A DNA stretch of 64,000 nucleotides from a virus, in UHGV virus genome UHGV-1366919; one strand, given 5' to 3'. The translations under genes and the position numbers were made by a program. A model generated the notes under the pieces. It was not told the DNA's origin. It did no database searches and saw nothing but the letters and a program-made list of their open reading frames with translations. Of the stretch, positions 38,258-47,729 are shown one piece after another. The stretch's first letter is position 1. The number at the start of each line of letters is the position of its first letter.

Positions 38258-39876
38258 TGGATTTTAAAAAATACTTTCCTTCTCAATATAAGCCTAATAA
38301 AAATCAGGAATATATTCTTGAAGAATTGAATAAAGCCTGGAATCTAGGAAAGAAATATATTATTATCAATGCTCCGACAGGTTCAGGTAAAAGTATAATT
38401 TCTAAAACAATTGCACAGTCTGCTCCCGATATTTCTGCAACTTATCGAGATTTTGTAGATTCGGGGGCAATTTATGATATAGAAGAGGATGATGTTCCAG
38501 ATTCCCTTAAAGAAGGAACAGCTATTTTAACTGTTACCAAATCTCTTCAGGATCAATATAAAAAATTGTTTCCTGAAGATACTATGCTAAAAGGGAAATC
38601 AAACTATCCTTGTTCCATGGTTCCAACTCTTTCATCTGATTTGGGACCTTGTGTTTTTGAACCTGAGCAAAAGGAACTCTGCATTTCTTGTGGACAATGT
38701 GAATATTTCTTAAAAAGAGATGAGGCATTAAAGCATAAATGTTCTTTTTATTCTTATTCAATGTTTATGAGTCTTCCTCCGGCTTGCAGGGCTAAAAGGA
38801 ATATTATTGCTGATGAATGTGCAGAATTAGAAGATTTATTGGTTCAATCTTATACAGTTCCTTTTAATTTTAAGATTTTGAAAAAGCTTAATATTGAGAT
38901 TCCTCCTACGCCAACTCAAGGTTCTAATTATGAAAAATATATTCTTTGGCTGAGGAGTGCGAAAGCTTCAATTTATTCTACTCTCGTAGAAAAAAGAAAA
39001 GAAATGAGAGGCAAGGACCTTAAGAAAATGAGTAAAGAAAAGAAACTTGTTTTCCGAGCCATTAATATTTTTAATGATTCTTGCGACAAGGTACTTGACA
39101 TTATCGATAATAATGAATTTATTATTGAACATAATAAAGAAGAGTTAATTTTTAAACCTTTTAAGGTTGATAAAATTGCCCAACGATTGTTTAAGCATTG
39201 TGATCTAGTGGTTCTTATGTCAGCTACTATTATTGATTATAAGAACTTTGCCAAGCAATTGGGAATTAAGGAGGACGAGTATTATTATATTGAATCGGCA
39301 TCTACATTTGATCCTAAGAAAGCCCCAATTCATTTATCTAATTTTCTTTCTGTTTCTTATTCAAACAAAGCTTTAGTAATTCCCCAACTTTGCAAGATTG
39401 CTAAACAGATTTGTGAAAATTATAAAGGAAAGAAAGGTATTATTCATACTCATACCTTTGAAATTACCGAAGCATTTAAAAAGGCAGTAGGCAATAATCC
39501 CCGTTTTCTTTTTAGAGAACCAGGAAAAACTAATGAATTTCTAATTAATGAACATATTGAACGAAATGATGATACAATTCTTGTGTCTCCGTCAATGACT
39601 CATGGTGTTGACCTTTGTGGTGCCTTGGGAGAGTTTGCCGTTATTTTAAAAGCTCCATTTCTGCCATTGGGCGATGAACGAGTTAAACGATTAGCGCAAG
39701 ATGATAAAGAATGGTACACTAATAAAATGCTAGGCGCTTGTATTCAAATGTGCGGGCGCACTATTAGAAATGCTTCTGACGAGGCAGTAACTTATATTTT
39801 AGATGGAACATTAACTAAAAGCCTAATTCAAAATAAAGATAAACTTCCAAAATATTTCCTAGAAAGATTTGTATAA
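38257..39876 (+). CDS. SF2 helicase of the Rad3/XPD/DinG type with a putative Fe-S cluster insertion
   Basis: Walker A IINAPTGSGKS. Cys cluster NYPCSMV...C...CISCGQC between the helicase motifs. DLVVLMSATI (motif III-like). Confidence 0.5.
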   Translation: MDFKKYFPSQYKPNKNQEYILEELNKAWNLGKKYIIINAPTGSGKSIISKTIAQSAPDISATYRDFVDSGAIYDIEEDDVPDSLKEGTAILTVTKSLQDQYKKLFPEDTMLKGKSNYPCSMVPTLSSDLGPCVFEPEQKELCISCGQCEYFLKRDEALKHKCSFYSYSMFMSLPPACRAKRNIIADECAELEDLLVQSYTVPFNFKILKKLNIEIPPTPTQGSNYEKYILWLRSAKASIYSTLVEKRKEMRGKDLKKMSKEKKLVFRAINIFNDSCDKVLDIIDNNEFIIEHNKEELIFKPFKVDKIAQRLFKHCDLVVLMSATIIDYKNFAKQLGIKEDEYYYIESASTFDPKKAPIHLSNFLSVSYSNKALVIPQLCKIAKQICENYKGKKGIIHTHTFEITEAFKKAVGNNPRFLFREPGKTNEFLINEHIERNDDTILVSPSMTHGVDLCGALGEFAVILKAPFLPLGDERVKRLAQDDKEWYTNKMLGACIQMCGRTIRNASDEAVTYILDGTLTKSLIQNKDKLPKYFLERFV

Positions 39877-39878
39877 AA

Positions 39879-40130
39879 ATGAAAAGAGATTATAACGAAA
39901 AATGTTTAGAAGCGTTGGAATTGGTCTATACAAAGTATGGAATTGATATGAATAACGCACCGGCTGAAAAGATGATTGATGCAATTACTTCTGAATTGGG
40001 TTGTTCAATAGGTTATCATATCATGTCTACTAAAGATGCGAAGCCAATTGATGAAAAAGAATTAGTACTTAATGCTCTAGAAGATGATTATCTCAATGAA
40101 ATTGGATTGAAGAATATTCTTTTAGCCTAA
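39879..40130 (+). CDS. Hypothetical small protein
   Basis: 83-aa ORF. Confidence 0.35.
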   Translation: MKRDYNEKCLEALELVYTKYGIDMNNAPAEKMIDAITSELGCSIGYHIMSTKDAKPIDEKELVLNALEDDYLNEIGLKNILLA

Positions 40131-40657
40131 TGAAGATCTTTTACACTGGAGTTGGGAATAGAGATACTCCTCATGAGTATCTTGAAAAGATGACAGCCCT
40201 GGCTTCTTTATTAGAAAAAGAAGGCTGTATTCTCAGAAGCGGAGGAGCGGAAGGAGCTGATACCGCTTTTGAAAATGGTGTAAGATCTCTTTACAATAAA
40301 GAGATTTATCTTCCATGGACTTTTTTCAATAATAAAGTCCATGGATATGTTACACCTTTAGATTTAATAAATTGTATTGATGAAATTCTTAGTAGAGTTC
40401 ATCCCAATTTCAGTAATCTTCGAGAAAGCACATTAAAGCTTCATCGAAGAAATGTTCTTCAGATTTTAGGGCAGGATTTAGCGACTCCTTCTCATTTTGT
40501 TTTATGTTATACCCGGGACGGAGCTGAAACTTTTACTTCTTTTGAAACTGGAGGAACTGGAACTGTTATAAGATTGGCAAATCATTATAATATACCTGTT
40601 TTTAATTTAAGAAATAAAAACTGGGCTGATCGATTTAAAGAATTTATGAAAGGCTAG
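40130..40657 (+). CDS. Hypothetical Rossmann-like protein (SLOG/DprA-like SGGAEGAD motif)
   Basis: RSGGAEGADTAFENG. Confidence 0.3.
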   Translation: MKIFYTGVGNRDTPHEYLEKMTALASLLEKEGCILRSGGAEGADTAFENGVRSLYNKEIYLPWTFFNNKVHGYVTPLDLINCIDEILSRVHPNFSNLRESTLKLHRRNVLQILGQDLATPSHFVLCYTRDGAETFTSFETGGTGTVIRLANHYNIPVFNLRNKNWADRFKEFMKG

Positions 40658-40699
40658 TCATTAAAGTTGACTAGTCTTTTTCATTTTAAATACTTGACA

Positions 40700-41776
40700 A
40701 TGTTGGACCAGCAATATAATTCTGAAATTGAAATTCTTTTAGCCCAATTCCTTAGTGCTTTTGATGATTGTGTAATTAGAAGAGGCAAGGATGAAAATGG
40801 AAAAGAAAAATATATTGTTCCACGTTATCTTATCGGAAATAAAACACGGGTTTTTACCGACATTGTAAATGCCGCTGGTAATATTACCTTACCGGTTGTA
40901 GTTGGAGAGGTCCAGTCAATTGCTTTCGACAGTACAAGATCTTTTAATAAGCAGCTACAGCCAAGAACATATATGTCTCCTAAGGAGATAAGATATAAAC
41001 AGCCTACTCCTATTAAAATCAATCTTAGCGTAAATTTTTATACAAAATTCTTCGGAGATATTTGGCAAATGTTTACTAATTTTGCTGCATTTACTAATCC
41101 CTATTTTTTTATATCCTGGCAGACTCCTCAGGAATTACAGACTGGCTCTCAAGAAATAAGATGTCAAGCTTTATGGGGCGGTAATTTTGTAATTGATTAC
41201 CCTCGAACAGCCGAAGAAAATCAAAATTGGCTTATTCATGGAACATCCGAATTTACTATTGAAGGATGGATTTTCAACAGGCCTTCTCAAAAATTCGGAG
41301 TTATTACTTCGGTAGAGAACGAAATGGCTTATAATACAAATGTAGCTAAAATTGGAGAAAAAGGAATAGAATATTTTAATAAAGATGGATGGCCTTCCAT
41401 TACTAATGTAATTGTCGATAATATTCGGTTGAGAAAAGGAATTGAAAATTATATTTCGATTGAATCTGAAAAAACTTTAATAATTGAAGGGCGGTCTTTT
41501 TTCGCCAATCAATGCACAGGACTCTTAGTTAAACCAGTTGATCCTATTGATTTAGAGCCAGAAGGACTGACCCCTGTTACCATTGATACAATTAAGATGG
41601 GAGAAGTTTCTGGATTTGCAATTACTGAAGAAATAATCTCAATGAGTGAAAATCTTATTAAATTTAAACTGCCTAAAAGTTTAGTTACAGGAACTATATT
41701 TGACATTTATGTTTTTAATAATGCCGGATTTACTTCTATCTCAAAAGAAAAAGGATTCTTTATTAAGATTGTTTAA
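40700..41776 (+). CDS. Hypothetical structural-module protein. Start moved to the internal Met; the track ORF starts at 40667.
   Basis: The annotated start at 40667 lies inside a hairpin terminator (CTAGTCA..TGACTAG + TTTTT at ~40650..40680). The Met at 40700 avoids it. Confidence 0.45.
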   Translation: MLDQQYNSEIEILLAQFLSAFDDCVIRRGKDENGKEKYIVPRYLIGNKTRVFTDIVNAAGNITLPVVVGEVQSIAFDSTRSFNKQLQPRTYMSPKEIRYKQPTPIKINLSVNFYTKFFGDIWQMFTNFAAFTNPYFFISWQTPQELQTGSQEIRCQALWGGNFVIDYPRTAEENQNWLIHGTSEFTIEGWIFNRPSQKFGVITSVENEMAYNTNVAKIGEKGIEYFNKDGWPSITNVIVDNIRLRKGIENYISIESEKTLIIEGRSFFANQCTGLLVKPVDPIDLEPEGLTPVTIDTIKMGEVSGFAITEEIISMSENLIKFKLPKSLVTGTIFDIYVFNNAGFTSISKEKGFFIKIV

Positions 41777-41891
41777 ATTCCACACTTAAACATTTTAAGA
41801 ATATTTTAAAATAAAATGAAAGTATTTTAAATGGCAGCAAACTAAAGATTTAATAAAGACTTATTTTAAAGGACTTTAAATATAGAAAATT

Positions 41892-43700
41892 ATGGCAGAG
41901 ACCAAAAAGAGATTTAAAACTAATCTTGGTAAAGCATTGTCCAAGCTTAGCCAGAATTCAAGAGTTCTTGGTAACTTTATTGAACTCGATACGGCGGGAG
42001 CGAATCCAAAATATGAATTATTTTACAATACAGGAATCCGCCGCAGGGAAGGGTTAGCTAATAATGCAGTCTCTGTCACTTATGATAAGCCTGATGAAAA
42101 ATTTGCCCAGGGAGTTTTCGGGCGTTATCCATACGGTTCAATTTATTATTCGACGCTTAACGACAACAAAAGCGCAAGACTCTATGAGTACAGAATGATG
42201 GCGCAGTACTCAGAAATTTTAAATGCTTTGGAGCATATTACTAATGAGTTTATTACGGTTGATGACCGGGGACGTGTCGCTACAATGAGGTATTCCAAGC
42301 CTAATGCTGACGTAGTAGAGGAATCAACTCTTTTGGATGAATTTGATTATTTTCAAAAACTTTTCAATTTTGAAGAAAAAGGGTCTTCTTATTGTTGGCG
42401 TTATCTTGTCGAGGGAGAAGTTTTTCTGGAACTTATTGTAAATGATGCAAAACCTGAAAATTTAAAGGAAGGAATTTTAGGAGTAATTGATATTTCGGCA
42501 GATCTTGTAGATACGATTTGGAAGTCAAAGGCTGCCCGAGTTATTGATTCCTTCATAGGAAGAAAGCCGATTTATGACCCGAATGACGGCAATAAGATTC
42601 AAAAGATTGAATTAGTGCCTTATCAAGCTAATCAGCTTTTTTATGTTTATTCCGGACAATGGGATGCTGACGGAGAATATATGGTTCCTTTTATTGAACG
42701 TGCAAGAAGGAGATATATCCAGCTTTCTTACATTGAAGATGCTATTGTAATTTATCGTTTGGTACGTGCTCCTGAACGATTAGTCTTTACAATTCCAACA
42801 GGAAACATGACTCCATCTGCTGCTGAGCGTTATCTTAAAACGCTCATGGATAATTATTGGAAATCCAAAGTTATGGATATTAATACTGGGGATATTAGCC
42901 AACGCTATAATCCTCAAGCCATGACTGATGCTTACTATTTTGCTAAGCCTATGAATGGTGAAGCAATTAGTGTTACATCGTTAAAGGGCGGGGATAATCT
43001 TGGGGAAATTAAAGACTTGGATTTCTTCTTAAAAGCTCTTTATCGAGATTTAAAAGTTCCTTCTTCTTATCTTAATTTTTCCGAAAAAGCAGTTAATTCT
43101 GATCCTAGCCAGATCTTGGTAGAAGAATTGCGGTTTGCTGATTTTATTACTGATATTCAACGTTCATTTGCTTATGCTTTAAAACAAGCCTTTATTACTC
43201 ATCTTAAGTTTAAAGGTTTATGGCAACGTTATCATCTTCATGAAAATCATATAGATATTAAGTTTAACCAGCCTGGTTCTTATTATCTCATGAGAGAGCT
43301 TCAAATTGCTCAAATGAGAAATGACATCTTTAATGCCGTTTCTTCTAATGAAATTATTTCTAAGATTTATGCCCTTAAGAAATATTTTGACTGGTCGGAT
43401 AAGGAAATTCTTGCTAATATTGCATTCCTTAAGACTGAGGCGGCTTTGCTTTGGGAAATTGAACAGCGTCGTCAATATGGCCCTACTTGGAAAAATATGA
43501 TTACAGGTGAAGGTGGAGAACAACCCGGCGGAGGAATGGGTGGAGAAGGGTTACCTGGTGAAGGTATGAATCTTGGGGGAGGTTCTCCAGAAGGTGAAAT
43601 GGGAGGTTCTGAAAATCCGCCCGAATTTGGAGGCGGACCAGCAGCGACTAGTGAAATAGGAGCTCCAGAGGAAGGAGCCGGAGATATTCAACCCGTTTAA
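41892..43700 (+). CDS. gp20: Portal vertex protein (T4 gp20 family)
   Basis: DAIVIYRLVRAPERLVFTIPTGNMTPSAAERYLKTLM aligns with T4 gp20 [36 protein letters not shown]. Gly-rich C-terminus. Confidence 0.8.
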   Translation: MAETKKRFKTNLGKALSKLSQNSRVLGNFIELDTAGANPKYELFYNTGIRRREGLANNAVSVTYDKPDEKFAQGVFGRYPYGSIYYSTLNDNKSARLYEYRMMAQYSEILNALEHITNEFITVDDRGRVATMRYSKPNADVVEESTLLDEFDYFQKLFNFEEKGSSYCWRYLVEGEVFLELIVNDAKPENLKEGILGVIDISADLVDTIWKSKAARVIDSFIGRKPIYDPNDGNKIQKIELVPYQANQLFYVYSGQWDADGEYMVPFIERARRRYIQLSYIEDAIVIYRLVRAPERLVFTIPTGNMTPSAAERYLKTLMDNYWKSKVMDINTGDISQRYNPQAMTDAYYFAKPMNGEAISVTSLKGGDNLGEIKDLDFFLKALYRDLKVPSSYLNFSEKAVNSDPSQILVEELRFADFITDIQRSFAYALKQAFITHLKFKGLWQRYHLHENHIDIKFNQPGSYYLMRELQIAQMRNDIFNAVSSNEIISKIYALKKYFDWSDKEILANIAFLKTEAALLWEIEQRRQYGPTWKNMITGEGGEQPGGGMGGEGLPGEGMNLGGGSPEGEMGGSENPPEFGGGPAATSEIGAPEEGAGDIQPV

Positions 43701-43710
43701 TGTAATTTAT

Positions 43711-43923
43711 ATGAAAACAAACTCACTTCCCCAACAATATAAATCCGAACCATTAAAACACATAAAGGAAGACGATGATTCGATTTATAAATTTTATCAA
43801 CAATCATATCTTTTGAAAGATCCACAGTTTGTAGAAGCTATAAAAAAGAGTCCAGAATATTTAGATCTTGTTGAGTCAGTAGAAAATTTTTTGACTGAAT
43901 TAAGAAATCATAATCACAAATAA
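43711..43923 (+). CDS. Hypothetical small protein
   Basis: 70-aa ORF after the portal gene. Confidence 0.35.
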   Translation: MKTNSLPQQYKSEPLKHIKEDDDSIYKFYQQSYLLKDPQFVEAIKKSPEYLDLVESVENFLTELRNHNHK

Positions 43924-43929
43924 GTATTT

Positions 43930-44232
43930 TTAATAGCTTTCCCCCAAATCACTATTTTCCTCAATTCTTAACATTTGTATATCTTTTACTGACTCACTAA
44001 ACCAAGTCAATTGTTTTGCTAATTTTTGAACTGCCAAAACACATGATACTGCATTTATCTTATCTTTATCTCCAAAATATACTGATTCCTGTTGCCTTTT
44101 AAAACCTTCTTTTACTAATACTTTTTCAATATCTTTATAAGCATTATTCCATGAAGTATTATGATACAAAGCTTTCAATTTATCTGTATCTAAATCAAAC
44201 ACAATCGCATACATACGTTCATTATTAGACAT
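43930..44232 (-). CDS. vapD: VapD-like endoribonuclease (Cas2 fold)
   Basis: MYAIVFDLDTDKLKALYHN...NAYKDIEKVLVKEGFKRQQESVYFG...WFSESVKDIQMLRIEENSD closely parallels the VapD N-terminal MYAIAFDL block and the central GF..Q.SVY and WF..SV.DIR motifs. 100 aa. Confidence 0.7.
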   Translation of the reverse strand: MSNNERMYAIVFDLDTDKLKALYHNTSWNNAYKDIEKVLVKEGFKRQQESVYFGDKDKINAVSCVLAVQKLAKQLTWFSESVKDIQMLRIEENSDLGESY

Positions 44233-44301
44233 GTAATTATTTATAATATATTGTCTATTAATTTGTTATTGTAAATGAAACGTCAAGCTTGCGTAAAAGT
44301 T

Positions 44302-45117
44302 TTACTCAATATCATACTGAATTCCACCGTTGTTCAGGGCGTCTTGAAGGTCATCTTCTACACTACAGTTATTAAATTTAACATAACTTAAACGGTTGGC
44401 TTTCTGAGTAAGAAAATCTGTATTAGAAGTATTCAATATGGTATGATCTCCATTAATAATCAAAGTCTGGATAACATTATTGGAAAGATTAATATTTTGA
44501 ATTTGCGAATTTAAATTTATTTCAAAGGTTCCCGTGATTAATGAGTCTCTTATATCAAGATAAGTAAATCTCATTTCTGGGGCTAAATTCAAATAACAAA
44601 GATTTGTTTCATAGACAGTTAATTCTGAACAAGAAGGAAGATTCAATTCTAAAGAAGTAATATTTTGATTTCTGGAAGTAAAACTCTTGATTAAATCTTT
44701 ATTCTGAATAATCATGCCACTTGAATCAAGGACAACAGGAGAAAATATTAAAGAATTAATTGCCTGATTTCCTTCATAAATTGTAAATTGTGCATTAATA
44801 TCTTCTTCAGCTGAATTAATATCAAGGTATCTAAAAACTTTATTATTTGTTTCTACATAAAGTTTTCTTGTTTCTGTTTCGGCAACTTGGCTAATATGAT
44901 AGCCAAAAGATACCGTATTAATATCTGGTAATAAAGTTAAAGCAATACAGTCGGGAGATAATGTATTTTTATATTGAACAAACCTGGCCGTCTGGTTAAG
45001 ATCTGATAATTCTCCATTATCAGATAATCCAGGTAAAGAAACTTGATTATCATTAGGAAGTAAATTTTCTAATGATGATGAAGTAATTTGGGAAAGTTTA
45101 ATATAGCTATCGGACAT
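44302..45117 (-). CDS. Leucine-rich-repeat-like protein (paralog 1 of 3)
   Basis: Repeated L..L.L...N.I units (LNLPSCSELTV..., NINLSNNVIQTLIINGDH...). Shares the MS(N/D) start with its two neighbours. Confidence 0.45.
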   Translation of the reverse strand: MSDSYIKLSQITSSSLENLLPNDNQVSLPGLSDNGELSDLNQTARFVQYKNTLSPDCIALTLLPDINTVSFGYHISQVAETETRKLYVETNNKVFRYLDINSAEEDINAQFTIYEGNQAINSLIFSPVVLDSSGMIIQNKDLIKSFTSRNQNITSLELNLPSCSELTVYETNLCYLNLAPEMRFTYLDIRDSLITGTFEINLNSQIQNINLSNNVIQTLIINGDHTILNTSNTDFLTQKANRLSYVKFNNCSVEDDLQDALNNGGIQYDIE

Positions 45118-45871
45118 TGATCGGAATAATATTTTTATCTGTTGCTATTTGAAGTTCGTTTTCTGTGAACTGTTCATTAAGGTAATTCACCATATAAAAT
45201 GGAGTAGGGACATTATAAGGACTTAATGAAGAAATAAACGGAGTAATATTACTCATATTATTACTCATAATTCTTCCATGGGTAAAATTACTTAAAATAT
45301 AATATTTTTTATGAAATTTAGAATATCCTAGAATAATTTTAATAGAATTGCCTTCATCTACATTTAAAATATTAAAATTATGAAGACTTCTAATATCTAA
45401 AATATCAGTATCAATCGTATTTGGTCCATTAAAATAAATTGTTCTTATTGTCGGGCAAGCTGAAAGGTCTAATTTACTAACCGTTCCGGTATAAATGAAT
45501 AATGAAACGGGAGAGTCTTCTTTACATGTAATATAGCAGCTTTTATCAAAAGCTAAATCAAAATTTACCGGAATAGTCCCGGTAATGGGACTATATGATG
45601 TACTTACTTCAGAATAAGGATATTGTATTATTGTTGTCTTAGTACCTCCAGCCGAATCATCATAGCAACTTATTGTTCCGTTAGATGTCCATTTACTCCA
45701 AATAAAACGTCCTTTGGGAAAGACCATAGTAGTTGGCTTAAGCATATCACCTAATTCTTCTATTAAGAGAGAAGCTTTAATAGAAGATTCATCTTGTAAA
45801 ATCAATATTGGACTTTTCAATCCAAGAGATTTACATTTCTCTAAATCACTAAATTGTACAATATTAGACAT
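45107..45871 (-). CDS. Leucine-rich-repeat-like protein (paralog 2 of 3)
   Basis: LDLSACPTIRTIYFNGPNTIDTDILDIRSLHNFNILNV. Confidence 0.4.
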   Translation of the reverse strand: MSNIVQFSDLEKCKSLGLKSPILILQDESSIKASLLIEELGDMLKPTTMVFPKGRFIWSKWTSNGTISCYDDSAGGTKTTIIQYPYSEVSTSYSPITGTIPVNFDLAFDKSCYITCKEDSPVSLFIYTGTVSKLDLSACPTIRTIYFNGPNTIDTDILDIRSLHNFNILNVDEGNSIKIILGYSKFHKKYYILSNFTHGRIMSNNMSNITPFISSLSPYNVPTPFYMVNYLNEQFTENELQIATDKNIIPINVR

Positions 45872-47667
45872 TATAGATAGAAAAGCCAGTTATAAGTTTT
45901 AAGAGTATCTAAAGTTTTGGCAATGGCTTTAGAAGAACCCTGAATACCGCCTGAAGTATATTTTTTACCGTACATGTATATAATTCCAACTTCTTTCCCG
46001 AATCTATTCGGAAGAAGATTAAGAAATTTTTCCAAATTTGCCTTATTTGTTAAAAGATTGGTTTCTGAAATATTAATATACTGCAAGTCATTTTGAACAT
46101 TAATAACTCCTTCTCCAAATGTATCGGGATTTTTTAACTTAATTCCAGTAATATCAAGGCTTGTTAATGTCAGCTGGTCAAAAACTAATTCCAGATCAAC
46201 TTTAGAAGTATTAAGGTCAGATAAATCAATTCTACTAATTTTGGTATTTGAGATATTAAGATATTCTAATTTAGAATCAGTGCCTTTGGGAAGAATTAAT
46301 CTAGTGAGCTGGGAACAATTAGAAACATTAATACTAGTAAGATTGGAATTTGCTGATAAATCCAATTCTTGAATAGGATTGTCACTTAAATCTAATATTT
46401 GAAGATTGGAACAACTTTTTAAGTTAATTCGAGCTATTTTTTTACCTGGATTTTCAAAAGAAGTGATACTGCCTTTATCTCCGGAAATTTTTAATGTTTT
46501 ATTTTTCTTTTGGAAATAGTCAAAATTAAAAGTTTCATCTGCCGGAAACCATTCTTTGTCAAAAGTAATTTTTCCAGAACTTAAATCAATTTGATTTTGT
46601 CGATTATTAAAGAACCAATCAATATTAACATTTCCTGTTCCTCCAATATTATAAGAATAATTATCAAAACAATAATTAACTAAATCAACAGAAGACTGGA
46701 AAATAACTCCGTTCAGAGTATACCTATACTCTGAACGGATGAATGCTTTAAAATTAAAATCCCTAACAACAATAGTCCCTACACCTGGCGTTGAGTAACA
46801 TCCCCATTCCGGAGCATTTTTATATGTAGCAGCATCGGTAGAAGCTATAAAATTTTCACGAATAATATTCCAATCTCCGGTTGTTTCATCTAAGATATAT
46901 AATCTGCCGATGATGCCATCATCGGCAGAAGGAGCATATTCAAATTTGAATTTTTTAAAAGATAATCCATCCCAGCCTTCTACAGGAGCACAATTAGCTA
47001 AAGGCTCGCTAACTGAATTACCTATATAAACCATCCAGGTATCTGTAGCTGAATCATAGATATTTCTAAAATTCACAACAAATCTAAATTGAAGATTTGG
47101 TTTATTATTATCATAAGCTCCAAATGAAATGAAAGAGTGCTGGTTAGGTCTATTTTTAAAGAAGTTCCTATCAATGTCATTGATAGGAGTAAAATTATAT
47201 GGCGAAGGCCTATGAATCTTCATTGGAGGAAGAGCTACAGTAAATGTAGATTCTCCAATGCCTGTACTTTTAATTTGTTCTTGTTGCTCATTGGTTAATT
47301 GTTTGTAATAATAAGCAATTGTGCCTGTTGACGTATCATTAATCCAAACACCTTCTTCATTTAAAAGAGGGGCAGTTTGTTCATCTGGCGTACCAATATT
47401 ACAATTTGTATAAAGTGAACCATACCTTGACCATTTTCCATTTTCTTCTAGCATGGGGTCAGGATTTTCCGGATTCCATGTATAATTCCCAAATGTATAA
47501 AATCCGCCTGGAATTAATTCCAGTCTTTGAATATCATCCAATTCAAAGGAAAGAAAATCTTGCTGATTATCTAGAGTATGAGTAAAACCTTTACATGCGT
47601 CAACTAATGTATTAAAATCAGCCCTTTTGCTAATAAAATTATCATTAATTAAAACATTGTTGCTCAT
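45871..47667 (-). CDS. Leucine-rich-repeat protein (paralog 3 of 3). Start moved to MSNNVLIND; the track ORF extends to 47727.
   Basis: C-terminal canonical LRRs: LQILDLSDNPIQELDLSANSNLTSINVSNCSQLTRLILP...LEYLNISNTKISRIDLSDLN. The 47727 start would leave only 2 bp to the divergent gene at 47730. The Met at 47665..47667 matches the paralog starts. Confidence 0.55.
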   Translation of the reverse strand: MSNNVLINDNFISKRADFNTLVDACKGFTHTLDNQQDFLSFELDDIQRLELIPGGFYTFGNYTWNPENPDPMLEENGKWSRYGSLYTNCNIGTPDEQTAPLLNEEGVWINDTSTGTIAYYYKQLTNEQQEQIKSTGIGESTFTVALPPMKIHRPSPYNFTPINDIDRNFFKNRPNQHSFISFGAYDNNKPNLQFRFVVNFRNIYDSATDTWMVYIGNSVSEPLANCAPVEGWDGLSFKKFKFEYAPSADDGIIGRLYILDETTGDWNIIRENFIASTDAATYKNAPEWGCYSTPGVGTIVVRDFNFKAFIRSEYRYTLNGVIFQSSVDLVNYCFDNYSYNIGGTGNVNIDWFFNNRQNQIDLSSGKITFDKEWFPADETFNFDYFQKKNKTLKISGDKGSITSFENPGKKIARINLKSCSNLQILDLSDNPIQELDLSANSNLTSINVSNCSQLTRLILPKGTDSKLEYLNISNTKISRIDLSDLNTSKVDLELVFDQLTLTSLDITGIKLKNPDTFGEGVINVQNDLQYINISETNLLTNKANLEKFLNLLPNRFGKEVGIIYMYGKKYTSGGIQGSSKAIAKTLDTLKTYNWLFYL

Positions 47668-47729
47668 AAAAGGTCGATAGTATTTAAATGGAAAAAGAGA
47701 ACTGAGAATTAAGATTTTAAATATCAAAA

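Noticed and set aside
40667-40699. Track start codon for the 369-aa gene
   Set aside because: The first 11 codons overlap a hairpin + T-run terminator of the upstream gene. The downstream Met at 40700 is the more plausible start.
43930-44232. VapD-like gene as the Cas2 of a CRISPR-Cas locus
   Set aside because: No direct-repeat/spacer array and no cas1 or other cas genes in the window. The N-terminal MYAIVFDL block is more VapD-like than canonical Cas2.
47668-47727. N-terminal 20-codon hydrophobic extension (MIFKILILSSLFPF...) of the LRR protein as a signal peptide
   Set aside because: It would leave only 2 bp between divergent genes. The paralogs all start MS(N/D), matching the internal Met at 47667. 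The extension is more likely intergenic promoter DNA.
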